The notes below the pieces were generated by a model. That model was not told the origin of the DNA, made no database searches, and worked only from the letters and a program-made list of their open reading frames with translations. A stretch of 64,000 bases of DNA from an uncultured virus (IMG/VR IMGVR_UViG_3300045125_000114) (lineage: Duplodnaviria > Heunggongvirae > Uroviricota > Caudoviricetes), in IMG/VR virus record IMGVR_UViG_3300045125_000114. The stretch is one strand, 5' to 3'. The position numbers and the translations under genes are program-made. Positions 61,863 to 64,000 of this stretch are shown here, in pieces. Every line of letters starts with the position of its first letter. Within the stretch, counting starts at the first letter, position 1.

Positions 61863-62134
61863 GTCTTGTATATAGTGTCCCCTGTAAAAATATTTGATGG
61901 AATTTTTCCCTAATGACTGGAACGCCGAGGGATCGCCGCCCATTTTTGGATTTCACTCGAGGGATTTTTAACTCCCCAGAAGGGGCTTCTCCTTCAATCT
62001 AGAAAACTCTGTAACACAAAAAAGAAGAAAGACAGTCATTGCGGGGTGGCCCATACCTCTGATTCACTTTCCTAATGTTTTGCGAAATAGTTGTTTGATT
62101 GTTTTCTTGACAATGATTAGAATGATATACAAAA

Positions 62135-62175
62135 GTCTCAACCCACACGCATTGGTTAGTGCGTGTGGGTTAGAC
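62135..62175 (-). terminator. Hairpin terminator closing the small minus-strand gene cluster
   Basis: aacccacacgca...tgcgtgtgggtt 12-bp stem. Confidence 0.75.
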
Positions 62176-62189
62176 CATCGTATGTTGTA

Positions 62190-62383
62190 TTAGTCGTTGT
62201 TGTCTTCGCCCATCACCACACCGATGGTATCATCACCGAAGGTGTTGGTTGTGCGTTGGATGTTGTCCACTTCGGTGCGGCTGATGCCCGTCTCGCTTCG
62301 AAGCAGGCGACCGCTTCGCCCTTCGTGTAGTGCGTGACGTAGAAGATGCGGCCGTCGGTCAGCGTGGTCTTGAAGGCTTTCAT
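62190..62383 (-). CDS. Small hypothetical protein (MKAFKTTLTDGRIF)
   Basis: TAAGGA RBS. Confidence 0.55.
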
Positions 62384-62393
62384 CGCAGGTTCC

Positions 62394-62741
62394 TTATTGG
62401 GTTGTTGGGCGAGTCATAGACAAGACGGGGAAGGGGCGAGTTGGTGCAAGAAGTATTTTGCAATTTCCAACTCGCCCGGCGAACACTACACACCGACCGG
62501 GTTGCGTGCCATTGTCGCTTTGCGTGCGGCTTTCAGGGCGGTTGCCGTGTCGGATGTTGTCGATGCGCTTGCGGTCTTCTGGCGTTGCGACTGCGGCCCA
62601 CTCGTTGAGCATTTCATCGGTCAGCGGGTAGGGCAGAACCCGATCCATCGTGCGGAAGGCGATTCGCTTGGCGAGTTTCGGGGCGAGCGGCTTGACGCAC
62701 GCCGAGAACATCATCACAAGCACGAAGTAGACGTTCAGCAC
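62394..62741 (-). CDS. Hypothetical protein
   Basis: GGAG RBS; GTG start. Confidence 0.5.
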   Translation of the reverse strand: MLNVYFVLVMMFSACVKPLAPKLAKRIAFRTMDRVLPYPLTDEMLNEWAAVATPEDRKRIDNIRHGNRPESRTQSDNGTQPGRCVVFAGRVGNCKILLAPTRPFPVLSMTRPTTQ

Positions 62742-62776
62742 TTTCGTTCTCCGTATGGGGTTTGTGTCGGCGACGA

Positions 62777-62995
62777 CTAGGGTACAAATGTCGGAAAGTT
62801 TAGACCCGACTGTATCCCGGTGCGAAGGCGTTCAAGCTCCTTCGTGACGGTATCTTGCCAATGTTGCCAACCGGCTTGCCATGCGTCCCGCTCTTGCTTC
62901 GTGGCGAGCGGGGTTGAAGGTGTTGAGTAGGCGTCTAGTGCGTCTTCGTAGCCTTGCACAAACGCCGTGCGTAGCTTGGGTGTCATTGTGTTCAC
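62777..62995 (-). CDS. Small hypothetical protein (AFxQGY/AWQAGW motifs)
   Basis: ORF track; typical small phage protein. Confidence 0.55.
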   Translation of the reverse strand: MNTMTPKLRTAFVQGYEDALDAYSTPSTPLATKQERDAWQAGWQHWQDTVTKELERLRTGIQSGLNFPTFVP

Positions 62996-63034
62996 AAGAG
63001 AGGGGCGAACCTGCGCCCTCTCGTTCTTCCCCTT

Positions 63035-63375
63035 TAGGCGGCGATGCCGGTGATGGGCTGGCCGTTGGCGTCAACCCGGAACCCGTCGTGAAACTCCACG
63101 TCCCGCCCGTCGCGCGCTGACGTACCAAACGTGCTTCTCTTGGAACAGCTTGGCGGGGCTGTACTCGTTGATGCGTTGCTTCGTGGTCACGGTGCGCCAC
63201 CCGCCGCTGTTCAGGGTGTAGCGCCGTCCCGGTGAATCCTGACGACGTAGGTGCCGTGCAAGCGGACGCCGAACGTGCCGGGCACGATTTCTTCAAGGTA
63301 GGTGTTGTTGCCCAGCTTCTTCATCCCGTTGCGACCACGGGCCATGAGGTTTTCGCATTCGTTGAAGGTCAGCAT
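63035..63375 (-). CDS. Conserved-type small phage protein
   Basis: VRLHGT..V, TLNSGGWRTVTTKQRINEY; TAAGGA RBS. Confidence 0.65.
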
Positions 63376-63560
63376 GTTCGTTGTCCTTATTGAGTGTGTC
63401 GGGCGACATAGACTAGACGGGGTTGCACATCGTTGGTGCAACTTAAACCGGCCATTTTTTGAGTGCGTTCCCGGCCGCTTCTTTCACGAGCAAGCAGACA
63501 CAAGCCACGAGCAGGAAGATTCTTGACATTTTGTTGTCTCCGGTGCGGTGCTGGCACCGG

Positions 63561-63575
63561 CTAGGGTACAAATGT
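63561..63575 (-). promoter_or_regulatory. Repeated 15-bp upstream motif ACATTTGTACCCTAG (second copy at 62777-62791)
   Basis: Exact repeat ~30-35 nt upstream of two gene starts. Confidence 0.6.
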
Positions 63576-64000
63576 TTGAAGTGTCGGTTAGCCTTTTGTA
63601 CCTTATAGCGGCTTCGAGCTATAGCCGGGTCGGGCTATAGCTCCGGGCATTACTTTTGCGGTCGGGCGTCCGCTTCGGTGGGCGTCGAAGTGCGTAAGGT
63701 AGTGGTGTCCCAACTTGGTTAGCTTGAACTTGGAATCTACCAACCGCATCCGCTGTAGCCGCCAGTGTGCGAAGCCTGTAGCTCGCTGCCCACTCGCTTT
63801 TCCCGCACCATTCGTCGGAGTTGTAGAAGGCGAGTACGTTACCGTAAGCACACTCCCAAGACGGTTTCCGTAGCTGCCTCTTCCAATAGCTGGCGGTACT
63901 CCCAACCGATGTCGGGCAACTTGTGTCCGTTGTCCTTAATGTGTGCGTTGCGGTGGTGCCGGTCGATCAGTTCCCAATCACGTTCGCAGTGCTTCTTGGT

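Noticed and set aside
1..64000. Widespread pseudogenisation, programmed frameshifting or stop-codon reassignment
   Set aside because: Breaks are frame changes rather than in-frame stops, and they hit essential genes (primase, baseplate, tape measure) at similar density. This is best explained by long-read indel errors. TAA, TAG and TGA all appear as normal stops.

Overview
This is a 64 kb segment of a large tailed (myovirus-like) bacteriophage genome, probably a jumbo phage. The sequence has many small indels, as in uncorrected long reads, so most real genes are split across several ORF-track entries. I reconstructed genes by stitching frames by eye, and all family calls come from motif recognition, not database searches. 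Layout: (1) 0.2-7 kb: Cas4/RecB-like nuclease, DnaG-type primase, HNH endonuclease, and a convergent glpX-glmS metabolic pair. (2) 7-17 kb, mostly minus strand: actin-fold ATPase, glycan-modifying enzymes and probable virion proteins. (3) 17-45 kb, minus strand: tail/baseplate module with PKD proteins, wedge, gp6-like, gp25-like, gp5-like, hub, gp53-like, tube-like and a ~4.7 kb tape measure gene. (4) 46-61 kb, mostly plus strand: accessory genes including a CCA-adding enzyme, RNA-repair HAD, cyclic-phosphate receiver, 2H phosphoesterase, ClpP and a PrkA-like fragment. (5) After 62 kb: small minus-strand genes with their own repeated upstream motif. Main unexplained patterns: a shared C-terminal (W/Y)R(S/N)ID(D/E) tag on five unrelated proteins, and a CTAHATA late-promoter motif coupled to T4-like capsid-targeting N-termini, including on the CCA-adding enzyme. 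No CRISPR array, tRNA or rRNA was found.
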